A DNA stretch of 64,000 nucleotides from Rhizophagus irregularis (Eukaryota). Both the position numbers and the translations under genes were made by a program. The notes under the pieces were generated by a model. The model made no database searches. It had not been told where the DNA came from and saw only the letters and a program-made list of their open reading frames with translations. The first letter of the stretch is position 1. Each line of letters starts with the position of its first letter. The stretch spans positions 3,100,001 to 3,164,000 of the forward strand of contig NC_089434.1 of the NCBI RefSeq assembly GCF_026210795.1, given 5' to 3'. Below, piece after piece: positions 1 to 10,685 of the stretch.

Positions 1-1657
1 CTTACTACGTAACGATATGGTTCAGAATTTTATTGAAGATTTTTATCATATGCGTAATAGTTACACTGAGTATCAAGATACACCAAAATGCTCACAAAGT
101 ATGAGCCGTGTCGATCTTATCTTGAAAAAAAACTTTACCCTAGTCGTGAATTATGGGCAAGATACACGATTTTAAAAGTATTTACAGCAGGTGTTGAGTC
201 AACTCAACGAGTTGAATCCATTAATAGTGTTCTTAAAAAACATTTAGATCGAGGAACTTTATTAAAGGAATTAGTAAAAGTCATTGAAAATGAACTGGAC
301 AAAGAAGCACAATATAGTCGAATTAAGGAATATTATGGGTCAAATCCATCAACTGGTCTTCCGATAATGTATAATACGATTTTCAAAAATATTGACTCTA
401 TTTTAAAGGATCATTTAGCACCTATTCCATTATCACTTCAACAAGCTCAAATGAAACAGTCATTATTATATCAGGGAATATTAATTTCAATTGATCAAGT
501 TAAAGAATCTGATAATGAGCAGTCTAATGATATAATTGAACGTATATATGATAAACCGCAAATTAGATTACAAGATCTCTTATCAGATATAAACAGTGAC
601 AAAATCCAAGAAATATGGGAGATTTATTATATTACTGTAACATCATCGACATCTACACTTAAATTACGTAGTAATTCTTAAAAGGATTCAACGTTATTTT
701 GTACGTATGTATATTATCGAATACGAGGAATGCCGTATCGACGAAATGATATCGGGTTCTTGCTTCGGTTTAGTAAAGCTATTTTTCATATGGGTTTATT
801 CATCCACATTGGTATGAATCAATACCAACTGAAACAACTAATTATATTATAGTTGCTCAAGGAAATAAAGATTATACCACCAAAGCTTTATATTATATTG
901 ATCAAATTCGGTCTGCAAATGTTTATACGTCAAATATTAAAGAAAAAGTTAGTAAAAAGATTGAGTTTGGTTCTACTATGTTAGTAGCAAAGACAAGTGT
1001 TCAAGTTGCTGTAGCAGAAGGTGTTACATCAGAATTGATCGGACTTCTTACCCAATTCATTACGAAATATCATCATAATACTGGATTAAATATAGAGGAA
1101 GTTCATTCTATATCACATTTTAATGATGAAATTCAAGAATCCTCCTATAATTACCAGCGACAGCCATTAGTTGTAGTGGAAGAATGTAATATTCCAAAAA
1201 TATCAAATTCAGAATATCACAAGCCAAAAGGTCATCCTCTGAAACGATATAAATCATCAACTGAAGAGAACAATAATCAACATATATCTTCATCTTCTAA
1301 AACCTGTAGTTATTGTCTGGAAAAAAGGCATAATATTAGAGGATGTAGGCAACATAAAGCTGACTTAGTTGATAAAGAAAATAATAACTAAACTTTAGTT
1401 GACATAGTAGATTTAGTAGGAGTGGGGTTTAAAGTTCAGTTTAATGTAAAATATTTGTTAGTTGCGTATTCTTGATTTCTTGTATAATCGGCTGAAAAAA
1501 AAACTTTGAAATAATAATTACTATTGGACGCATGATTTACTGTTATGCAATAAAATTTTATATTTTTCAACAATAAAATGTTAAATTGATCTTAAATCAC
1601 GTAATAAAAAATTGTAATACCGGTGATGATCACCACCGGTGATAAATAGCAAACTCC
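1..1657 (+). mobile_element. 3' part of a decayed Mutator (MULE)/FAR1-like DNA transposon; left end outside the window
   Basis: ORF 88..681 has the FAR1/MULE motif FTAGVESTQRVESINSVLK; a disrupted SWIM-like region lies at ~690-815; ORF 978..1391 ends in a knuckle CSYCLEKRHNIRGC; putative TIR ...ccggtgatgatcaccaccggtgataaatagcaaactcc ends at 1657. Confidence 0.75.
88..1391 (+). pseudogene. MULE/FAR1-like transposase remnant, frameshifted, with C-terminal CCHC zinc knuckle
   Basis: Two in-register fragments (88..681 and 978..1391) separated by a frameshifted segment. Confidence 0.7.
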
Positions 1658-1659
1658 TT

Positions 1660-1787
1660 AAATCAATATTGAAATGATATCAAAATGATAATAGAAATGA
1701 TATTGAAACAACATCTTTAAGTTTAATTTAAAGATGTCATTTCGATATCATTTTAATTATCATTTTGATATCATTTCAATATTAATT
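1660..1787. repeat. Long palindrome (~60-bp arms, short loop), probably a foldback MITE; partial related copy at ~2268-2360
   Basis: aatcaatattgaaatgatatcaaaatgataat...acatctttaa is mirrored by ttaaagatgtc...attatcattttgatatcatttcaatattaatt. Confidence 0.7.
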
Positions 1788-2379
1788 AAATATCAAAATA
1801 ATATCGAAGTGATAATACTTTATTTTGATGTCGTATGGTGGTTGTCCTTTATAATGCAACAATAGTCAAAATTTTGAAATTTATTTATTTATATTGTGTA
1901 ACTTATGTTTTAAAGTACTTTGTCAAAATATTAATTGCCGCGTGAGCGGCAAAATTTTTTTTTTGCCATATTACATGGAATTCTTGTGGATTTCCATGGA
2001 ATTTTTGTAAAATCCATAAAAATTACATGAAAATTAGTCCAAAATTTTATATTTTTATTATTGCTACTTATTAAAATTATCCAACTTTAACCCATAATAT
2101 TAATTAAAATTCTTATTAAATTCTATAAAATAATCCGATAGAAATGTTCAGTACATGTTGCTATATCATTTTATTGGTTTAGTTTTTTCTTTTTACTATT
2201 CAATTTACAATTTATAAAAATTTGAAATCACTTAATATTAGTGTGGTTTATAGGTGATAGCCACCATATCAATATTAAATTGATATTGAAATAATATTAA
2301 AATGATATCGAAATGATACCATTAAGATAAACTTAACGATATCGATTCTATATTGATTAAAAATAGTAAGTTTCTGTAA

Positions 2380-3593
2380 AGTACAATTCACTTTTTTATA
2401 TTAAAATCATATAAAAAGATGAATCGCAATACTGCAACTTAGCTTTTTTTATATAAAATCTATAAAAAAAAGTGAATTCTGATACCGCAATTTACTTTTT
2501 ATATATAAAATCAATATAAAAAAGTGAATTTCAATACCGCAATTCACTTTTTATATATAAAATCAATATAAAAAAGTGAATTTCAATACCGCAATTCACT
2601 TTTTATATATAAAATCAATATAAAAAAGTGAATTTCAATACCGCAATTCACTTTTTATATATAAAATCAATATAAAAAAGTGAATTCTAATAGGACTCTA
2701 AAATATATATAGAAAGGTCAGAAGCAGCCAAAAAATTTTTACTAATACAGTAGTTATACGCATTCTTTCAGGGCCAGAATTATGATAATTTTGGCGAGTG
2801 ATCAAAAAAGGAAATATCTTTTTACTGGAAATTATCTAAAAAAGGAAAAATTTTCATGTTTTTTTTGGCTGATTGTACGCAAACTTGGATCTAACCTTTT
2901 TATGTATACTAGTGTTCACCTGTTGTCTACGACAACAGTTAATATGTAATTCCGGCCAGAATTAAAAGATCTGCAAAGAATATCCTTTTTTGGAAATTTG
3001 AGCAACACAATTTTTTTAATTTCAACAGAAGACAAAATTTCCTTTTTTGGAAATTTGCGTAACAGACAATTTCCTTTTATGGAATCCTGTGTAACCCAAA
3101 ATTTCAGTTTTTCGCCAGAAATAAAATTTCCTTTTTTGGTCTTGTGTAACATTGGCGACGAATAGGAGTAGGGTTATACAATTCAAATGACTTATTTATA
3201 TGGTTAATCTAAACATAACGCCCACGTGATTGCAGTGTTTTTTAATATATAGATTTCAGGGTCCTATTCTAATACTGCAATTCACCTTTTATTATATAAA
3301 AATCAATATAAAATGTGAATCCCAATATCGTAATTTACTTTTTATTATATAAAATCAATATAAAAAGTGAATTCTAATATCACAACTCACTTTTATTATA
3401 TAAAATTAATATAAAAAGTGAATTATAATACCATCGCTTATATTATATAAAATTATAGTTTCAGGTTAACAGATTATTCAGGTTATATTGATATTACAAC
3501 CTGAACTGATGCTGAATTGCAATTGCTAAGACCTGATAAATTTAGGTCAATCTATCAGGTTACCTAAATTTTGTCAACCTGTTCGGAACTTTA
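2380..3593. repeat. ~51-58-bp palindromic tandem repeat (aaaaagtgaatt..aattcacttttt) plus hAT-type right end; same family as 6698..7532; interrupted by the MITE at 2691..3266
   Basis: Repeated unit aaaaagtgaatttcaataccgcaattcactttttatatataaaatcaatat; 3420-3593 is nearly identical to 7350-7532. Confidence 0.8.
2691..3266. mobile_element. MITE with TAGGAC...GTCCTA termini and 6-bp TSD (ttctaa)
   Basis: TIR taggactctaaaatatatat / atatagatttcagggtccta; ttctaa at 2685-2690 and 3267-3272; removing the element restores a repeat unit. Confidence 0.85.
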
Positions 3594-3881
3594 ATCTAAA
3601 TAAATCTTTATTTATTTTTATTGTATAGTACCATAACTTTATATAATAAGATTTACAAATTATTTATAAAAATAAGTATATATATTTTTCATTAAAATGT
3701 GATTAGGTTAACTCTTTTCAATGATCATTATATCCATTTTTTATTTTTTATTATTTTTTTTTTTGCAGCGCATTTGCAGTTTTATTAAAATAAAAAAAAT
3801 AAAGAAAATATATACAAAGTAAAATTCCCTAATAACTACTCTAATATAATTAAACTACAAACCATTTATCATACCAGTAGT

Positions 3882-5559
3882 TAGAGCATACGGGTTGGAT
3901 TGAGTTGGGTTAGATCAAGTTACTTAGGTTGGATTCATCTGAACTGAAATTTTTTTAGGTCGAAGGTTAGGGGTCGAAGTAAACCGTTTTTGATCAGCGC
4001 GACCTATTTGACCCAAAAGCATTCAGGTTATTTTGGGTAACTCAGGTTACCCAAAGTTTTATTATTAAATATTGTAAAAAAACGTTTTATAATGTTTTTT
4101 ACTTTTTGTTTATATATATAAAACGCTAAAACTATTTGTTTCAGCATTTTTCCTTTTGATTTTACATGTAAAAACACCAGAATCATTAGTTCTGGCATTT
4201 TTCCTTTTAATTTTACATGTAAAAATGCCAGAATCATTAGTTCTAGCATTTTTCTTTTAATTTTACATGTAAAAATGCCAAAACTAATAGTTTTGGCATT
4301 TTTTTTTCAATTTTACATGTAAAAGCACTGGAATTATTAGTTCTGGCATTTTTCTTTTTGATTTTACATGTAAAAATGCTGAAACTGATGGTTTTAGCAT
4401 TTTTTTAGATTTTACATGTAAAAGCACCAGAATAATTAGTTCTGGCATTTTTCTTTTTGATTTTACATGTAAAATACCAAAACTGATAGTTTTGGCATTT
4501 TTTTTCAATTTTACATGTAAAAATGCTGGAATTATTAGTTCTGGCGTTTTCTTTTGATTTTACATATAAAAATGCCAAAACTATTAGTTTTGGCAGTTTT
4601 TTTTCAATTTTACATGTAAAAATGCTGGAATCATTAGTTCCAGCATTTTTCTTTTTGATTTTACATACAAAAATACTGAAACTATTAGTTTCAGCATTTT
4701 TTTTCAATTTTACATATAAAAATACTGGAATTATTAGTTCTGGCATTTTTTTTTAATTTTACATGTAAAAACGCTGGAATCATTAGTTCTGGCATTTTTC
4801 TCTTTGATTTTATATGTAAAAATGCTGAAACTAATGGGTTTAGCATTTTTTTAAATTTTACATGTAAAAGCACCAGAATAATTAGTTCTGGCATTTTTCT
4901 TTTTGATTTTACATGTAAAAATACTAAAACTGATAGTTTTGGTATTTTTTTCGATTTTACATGTAAAAATGCTGGAATCATTAGTTCCAGCATTTTTCTT
5001 TTTGATTTTACATATAAAAATGCTGGAATCATTAGTTCCAGCATTTTTCTTTTTGATTTTATATATAAAAACACCAAAACTATTAGTTTTGACAGTTTTT
5101 TTCAATTTTACATGTAAAAACACTGGAATCATTAATTCCAGCATTTTTCTTTTTGATTTACATACAAAAATACTAAAACTATTAGTTTTGGCATTTCTTT
5201 TTGATTTTACATATAAAAATGCTGAAACTATTAGTTTTGGCATTTTTTTTGATTTTACATGTAAAAATGCTGGAATCATTAGTTCTGCCATTTTTCTTTT
5301 TAATTTTACATGTAAAAATGCTAAAACTGATAGTTTCAGCATTTTTTTCAATTGTACATGTAAAAATGCCAGAATCATTATAAGTTTTAGCGTTATTTAA
5401 TTTATTTGACCCAAATATATGTCAGGTCAATGGGTAGGATTAGGTACTGATTAGCACTAACCTGACTTATGTCAGGTCATGAATTTGATAACCTGACCTG
5501 AAAATTTTGGGTCAACCAGTCATGTTACCCAATCTGTCAGGTTAGGTTGCAGAGCTCTA
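3882..5559. mobile_element. Non-autonomous hAT-type element with 8-bp TSD (ccagtagt), filled with a ~60-bp palindromic tandem array
   Basis: Termini tagagc...gctcta; ccagtagt at 3874-3881 and 5560-5567; subterminal ggtt/aacc/gacc repeats. Confidence 0.9.
4120..5390. repeat. Tandem array of about 20 ~60-bp units with internal dyads (ttttacatgtaaaa; aatgccagaa..ttctggcatt), in two alternating variants
   Basis: Directly visible repeats; the overlapping repetitive ORFs 4028-5400 arise from it. Confidence 0.95.
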
Positions 5560-6038
5560 CCAGTAGTACTTCACATATGCACTGTCAAGTGATCATTTGA
5601 CTCTGTAGGTAGACTTCCATTACACTGCAACTTTATCATAATTTTTATTATTATTATTATTATTATTTTTTTTATGTTAAACAGAAATTTTTCTAGACTT
5701 TCAGAAAGGCGATAAACCAGTTATCACCAAACGGTATAGATGATCTTTGCATCAATGTAAGCCTTCATTATATTTTAATACCTTTTGTTCATGAAATGCA
5801 GTTAGAGTATATCGATAATGATCACGTTGAATTTCTACATCTTTCTTATGTGTTCTTGAGGTCTTACATTTGTCCTGAGATATAATATGCAATGATTCTT
5901 CTAGTTTATTCATTATTTTACATCGTGGTTTTCAAACATGTTCTCTAAAAGCTTTATGAAAGTATTTAATGATATGTCCATTTTTTAGTGGAAAAATAAT
6001 TTTATTTTTTTTAATTTTAAAGTTTAAAAATATCATAT

Positions 6039-6694
6039 TTGAACAAATATACAAATATTATTGATCTTAAAAGGATCATAGAACATAGAATAAACAGAAA
6101 AAACTTTCTTAAAACCTTTAGTATTGCCCTTCAGAAGGTTGAACTTACTCATCCAACCGTTATTTCAAGTTATGTAGAACATATTTTACCTCCTAAAGAA
6201 TACAACAATATTGAGCAATATGTTAAATACCATAGAAATGTGCTTAAAAAACTTGGTATTAAGAATAACGTTTACCTCACTTACTTGTTGTTTACATTTG
6301 TCACTTTTGCTAATGAGTATAAAATCTTTATGAAAGTTTTCATTGATAAAACATTCCAAAAATAAATGGCGTAAGCAGACTCAACAGAATTAACCAATAA
6401 TACGCTAATATCAATTCAAGCACAGTTAATAGAAATGGAAAATTTTGATAATATTGAACATCAATCAATGATGTGAAATATAACAATCATAACACTGAAC
6501 ACCAATCAAGGGGTGTGATGTCAGAATCTTCAACAAAGAATTCTAGAAAGAATTTCACAAAATTGAACGCCAAAACTACACCCTATACTTCAAGAAGAAA
6601 AGGGAGAACTGTTGCATTTGCAAAAATGACCTCCAGGAATTTAGATATAGGCAGCAATCATAATACTTCTTCAGTTCCTTCTGTTAATAGGTAG
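6039..6694 (+). other. Possible decayed coding fragments of unknown origin
   Basis: Two short ORFs with protein-like composition but non-ATG starts and no recognised motif; end adjoins the element at 6698. Confidence 0.2.
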
Positions 6695-6697
6695 AAG

Positions 6698-7532
6698 TAG
6701 AGTTCCAACTTCCAAATAAGTCAGGTCAGGTCAGATTAATTAATAAACCTGACCTAAAATTTTTTTTCAGATCAGGTCAGGTCAGGTTATATCAAATTAT
6801 CTGTTTGACTTGATACTGAAACCTGAAAATTTTCAGGATTTTTATTAAAATATCAAAAAAAAAATGGTGCAAAACATTTTTTTCAGAAATATTGCGATTC
6901 ACTTTTTTATATTAAAATCATATAAAAAGAATTGCAATACTACAACTAACTTATTTTATATAAAATCAATATAAAAAAGTGAATTCTAATACCGCAATTC
7001 ACTTTTTATATATAAAATCAATATAAAACAGTGAATTCCAATACTGCAATTCACTTTTTATATATAAAATCAATATAAAATAGTGAATTCCAATACCGCA
7101 ATTCACTTTTTATGTATAAAATCAATATAAAACAGTGAATTCTGATACCACAATTCACTTTAGTTTATATATAAAATCAATATAAAACAGTGAATTCCGA
7201 TACCACAATTCACTTTTTATATATAGAATTAACATAAAAAAAGTAAATTCTGATATCACAATTTACTTTTATTATATAAAATCAATATGAAAAAGTGAAT
7301 TCCAATATCACAACTCACTTTTATTATATAAAATCAATATAAAAAGTGAATTATAATGATACCATAACTTACTTATATTATATGAAATTATAGTTTCAGG
7401 TCAACAGGTTATTCAGGTTATATTGATGTTACAACCTGAACTGATGCTAAATTGCAATTGCTAAACCTGATCTAATAAATTCAGGTTAATCTGTCAGGTT
7501 ACCTGAATTTGGTCAACCTGTTCAGAACTCTA
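6698..7532. mobile_element. Non-autonomous hAT-like element (tagagttc...gaactcta termini) with internal ~58-bp palindromic tandem repeat
   Basis: Imperfect TIR tagagttccaac / gttcagaactcta; subterminal caggt/acctg repeats; no matching TSD found. Confidence 0.7.
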
Positions 7533-7539
7533 ATTTTGA

Positions 7540-8150
7540 AATATTATTAGTTTTTTTTATTTATTTAATGAAACGTAGACTAATATTTCGCTTTTCTTTT
7601 TTTTTTGTAAGTTAACAGCTTCCCAAACTTTGGATTGAATTTCAAAGGTAAACTTCGAAAAAAAGTAATTTTTTTATTTTTATTTAATGAATGTTAATTA
7701 ATGTTTATTTTTTTTTATTGTAATACAATCTAGAATGTTGCTGAACTCTTATTTCAAAAGTTTTTACTTTTATTTCAAAGGTAAAAACCTTCAAAATTTT
7801 TTTGTATCTTTACTTTAATGAACATTATTAAACATTTGTGTTTCTTTTTTTTAGGTAAAAGAAGCTGAAAAACAAGTTCTGAACTTCCAAATCAAAGGTA
7901 AAACCTTTAAAAATATTCTTTTTTTGTATTTTTGTTTTAGTAAACATTAATAGTAATATTTATATTTTTTTTATTTTAGATCCCAGGTTTCTATTTTAAA
8001 GAACTTCAAAAGTAAATTCTTTGAAGTTCTTTTTTTTACTTTCTTTAATGATTGTTATACTAATGATTATTTCTTTTATGTTTAGATCCTGGACTGCTGG
8101 TTATATATTTGAAGCTAATTACTTCAAAATTTTTTTTCATTTGTAGGTTT
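7540..8150 (+). repeat. Degenerate ~120-bp tandem units each resembling a short exon plus GT-AG intron
   Basis: Donors caaag|gtaaa at 7648, 7781, 7898 and caaaa|gtaaa at 8012; pyrimidine tract + tag acceptors at 7854, 7979, 8085. Confidence 0.55.
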
Positions 8151-8367
8151 TCATTGTTTGTTGAAATCAAACTAATTGGAATAATGTTCAAACCATTAAC
8201 AACATATGAATTTGTAGTATAGAAATGAGAGGAGAACTTTAATTTATAGTTTTAATATTTTACTATTTCATATTTATTTTATTGCTGTATTTTATATTTA
8301 AATAAATTTGCAAAATATCAAATAATAAATAAATATTTTATTAATTTATATTAATTATGAAGGGTTT

Positions 8368-8662
8368 AAAATTTGTGCGCACCTGCGCATGTGCGCATCT
8401 CCATGGATATATTATATATAATAGTCAAAAATGACATTCTAAACCCTTTATGGCTCATTAAGTAAAGTTGTAGAATGGGCAAAAATACGCATAATAAATA
8501 AATTTTAAGGCTCTATAATATGTACGTAAGAGTTGCGGCATGAATATTTAAAAAAATCGGGATTTTATTAAAGTCACGTGATAATTGATGAATGACAAAT
8601 TTACTATATAAAAATTACCAAAAATGGAGGGGTGCGCACATGCGCGGGTGCGCACAAATTTT
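8368..8662. mobile_element. MITE with GC-rich inverted termini
   Basis: aaaatttgtgcgcacctgcgcatgtgcgcatctcc mirrored by ggaggggtgcgcacatgcgcgggtgcgcacaaatttt. Confidence 0.75.
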
Positions 8663-8929
8663 ATTTCCAATTATAAAAATGACAATTGTACAGTAATTTG
8701 CAAATAAAATTATTCCAGAGAAAATTTTATTAGTAAAAATCTGTGTAGAATTTTAATAACCTAAAATTTTACGTAGAAACTATAAAATTTTTTCTTTGAG
8801 GTTTGATGGCATGTCTTAAGATTTGCACAATTTGCATATCTGTGCAGATCTGCATCCCAAAAAATTTGCCAATAAATAGAATTTTAAAGTTTTACTTTCA
8901 AAATTTCATCCAAAAGATATTAAAAAAGC

Positions 8930-9440
8930 TAAGAATCTACAAAAAAGATAAAGAACATTAGAAACATTCTTTAAAAAAATAAAAAAAATATATTAAAGTT
9001 TTACAATAAAATTCATTGCAAAACTTACTGTTTTTTTATTTCAAAAACCATTGGAGTATCAGAACTTACAAAATAAAACAAAAAACATTAGTAAATATTC
9101 TTAATAAAAAAAATCAATAAAATCATCTTTTTTTATTCCTAGATTATTACCTTATTTCTATTTTCCTGGAAGTTATTTTCTATAAAAAAAAAGAAGAATG
9201 TTAGTAAAATATTCTTAATGAAAAAAATTAAAAAAAAATAATTTTGGCTTATTTTAATCTATTTTACTTAGGGAATTATTCTCTATAAAAAAAAAGGAGA
9301 ATATTTTAGTAAATGTTCTTAACAAAAAATATTAAAAAAAAGAAAAAAATTGGCTTATTTTAGTTCATTTTATTTTGAAAAATTTCAGAAACCCATTTCT
9401 AAAAAAAATTTAAAAAAATAATATTAATAAATATTCTTAA
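8930..9440 (-). repeat. Degenerate ~120-bp tandem units resembling minus-strand introns; related to the 7540-8150 array
   Basis: Plus-strand ctac-aaaa...cattag...cttac (8937-9028) reads gtaag...ctaatg...tttgtag on the minus strand; units recur about every 120 bp. Confidence 0.45.
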
Positions 9441-9669
9441 TGAAAAATAATAAAAATTAAAATTTTGCAATAAAATATTGCAAATTTATACCATAAAATT
9501 GCAGAATTTTGCAAATTTTATGAAAAAAATATTCAATTATCTGCAAAATTGCAAAATTTGTAAAACTTTATGAAATGCATAAAAAAGTGCAAAAAAAAAT
9601 GAAATTTTGCAGATCTACATTTTAAAAAATTGTCTAATGTTAAATATTCTTGAAAAATAATATTTTTAA

Positions 9670-9813
9670 AGGTTTTTACTTTAAATCACAGGAGTGATCA
9701 TCACCATTGACCAGAATTATCAATTTTTACCAGCACTATATTTTTTAATGCTAGTTGATTGTTATATTTTTAGTCACTGGTGATCATCACCCCTGGTGAT
9801 AGTTAGAAAAATT
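9670..9813. mobile_element. Small MITE whose termini resemble the MULE TIR at 1620-1657
   Basis: atcacaggagtgatcatcacca...tggtgatcatcacccctggtgat, an inverted pair similar to ggtgatgatcaccaccggtgat. Confidence 0.55.
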
Positions 9814-9926
9814 CATTTTTAAATTGGTAATTTCTATTTATATATGGGATGTTTGAACTTGGATCATATGATTATTGCCATTTTAACTAATAGTATAAAT
9901 TTCAAAATTAGTAAATAGATAAATGG

Positions 9927-10133
9927 ATTTTTGCCTGCTTTACAAGTTTACTCAAAGCATCAAAGGTGCTTTTGAATATCAGTTTTGACTTTACCTATAA
10001 ATAATTGATTTTGCCAATCGCTTTTAAAAAAATTTAGAAAATAATCAGCAAAGACAGTTTTTCATATATAAGTCAAAACCGGTATTCAAAACCCCCTTTA
10101 ATGCCTTAAGTAAACTTACAGAGTAGTTAAAAT
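9927..10133. mobile_element. Degenerate foldback MITE
   Basis: aagtttactcaaagcatcaaagg..ttttgaata..agttttgactt mirrored by aagtcaaaacc..tattcaaaa..cctttaatgccttaagtaaactt. Confidence 0.5.
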
Positions 10134-10685
10134 ACATATATTACATAGAAAAAGTAAAAGGGTGTGACATTGGTGTTATTATATTTTATATAACCCATAT
10201 TCAAACACTTTATATAAACTTTGAATTTTCTTTTAAATTATATATTAAAAAAATTTTTAATAATAAATAGCTAATAATATATTATAGATTTATATTTCCA
10301 TTTTATAAAATTTTTATTTAAATTTTTTTTTACATTTAAAAATCTAATGTTTCAACTTTCAATTACATTAATCATATTAGCAATTGCACTAATTGCAATT
10401 ACCATATATTACACTGGTCAAAAACTAGGCAAACGTGGCATAGTAGCCTTTATCTTTATTAAATTTATTCGAACTTTACAATTTACAAAAAAATAAAAAG
10501 AAAATATAAAAATAAAACTAACTAAAAACAAAGCTATATAGTCTCCTAAGAAAAAATAAAGTAAAAAAATTAATCTAAAAAAAAGAAAAATCGCATTACA
10601 CTAAATTTCCCCAGATCTTCCCCCTTGATATATTCCAACCAAAGTAGAAGCAACTATGCTAACAAAATAACAAATAGCGCGCCCA

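Noticed and set aside
2380..5390. CRISPR-like appearance of regularly spaced palindromic repeats (also 6890-7350 and 41160-42360)
   Set aside because: No unique spacers, no cas genes, eukaryotic context; units are contiguous tandem repeats.
4028..5400. Many overlapping repetitive ORFs on both strands
   Set aside because: By-products of a stop-poor ~60-bp tandem repeat inside a TE; no domain evidence.
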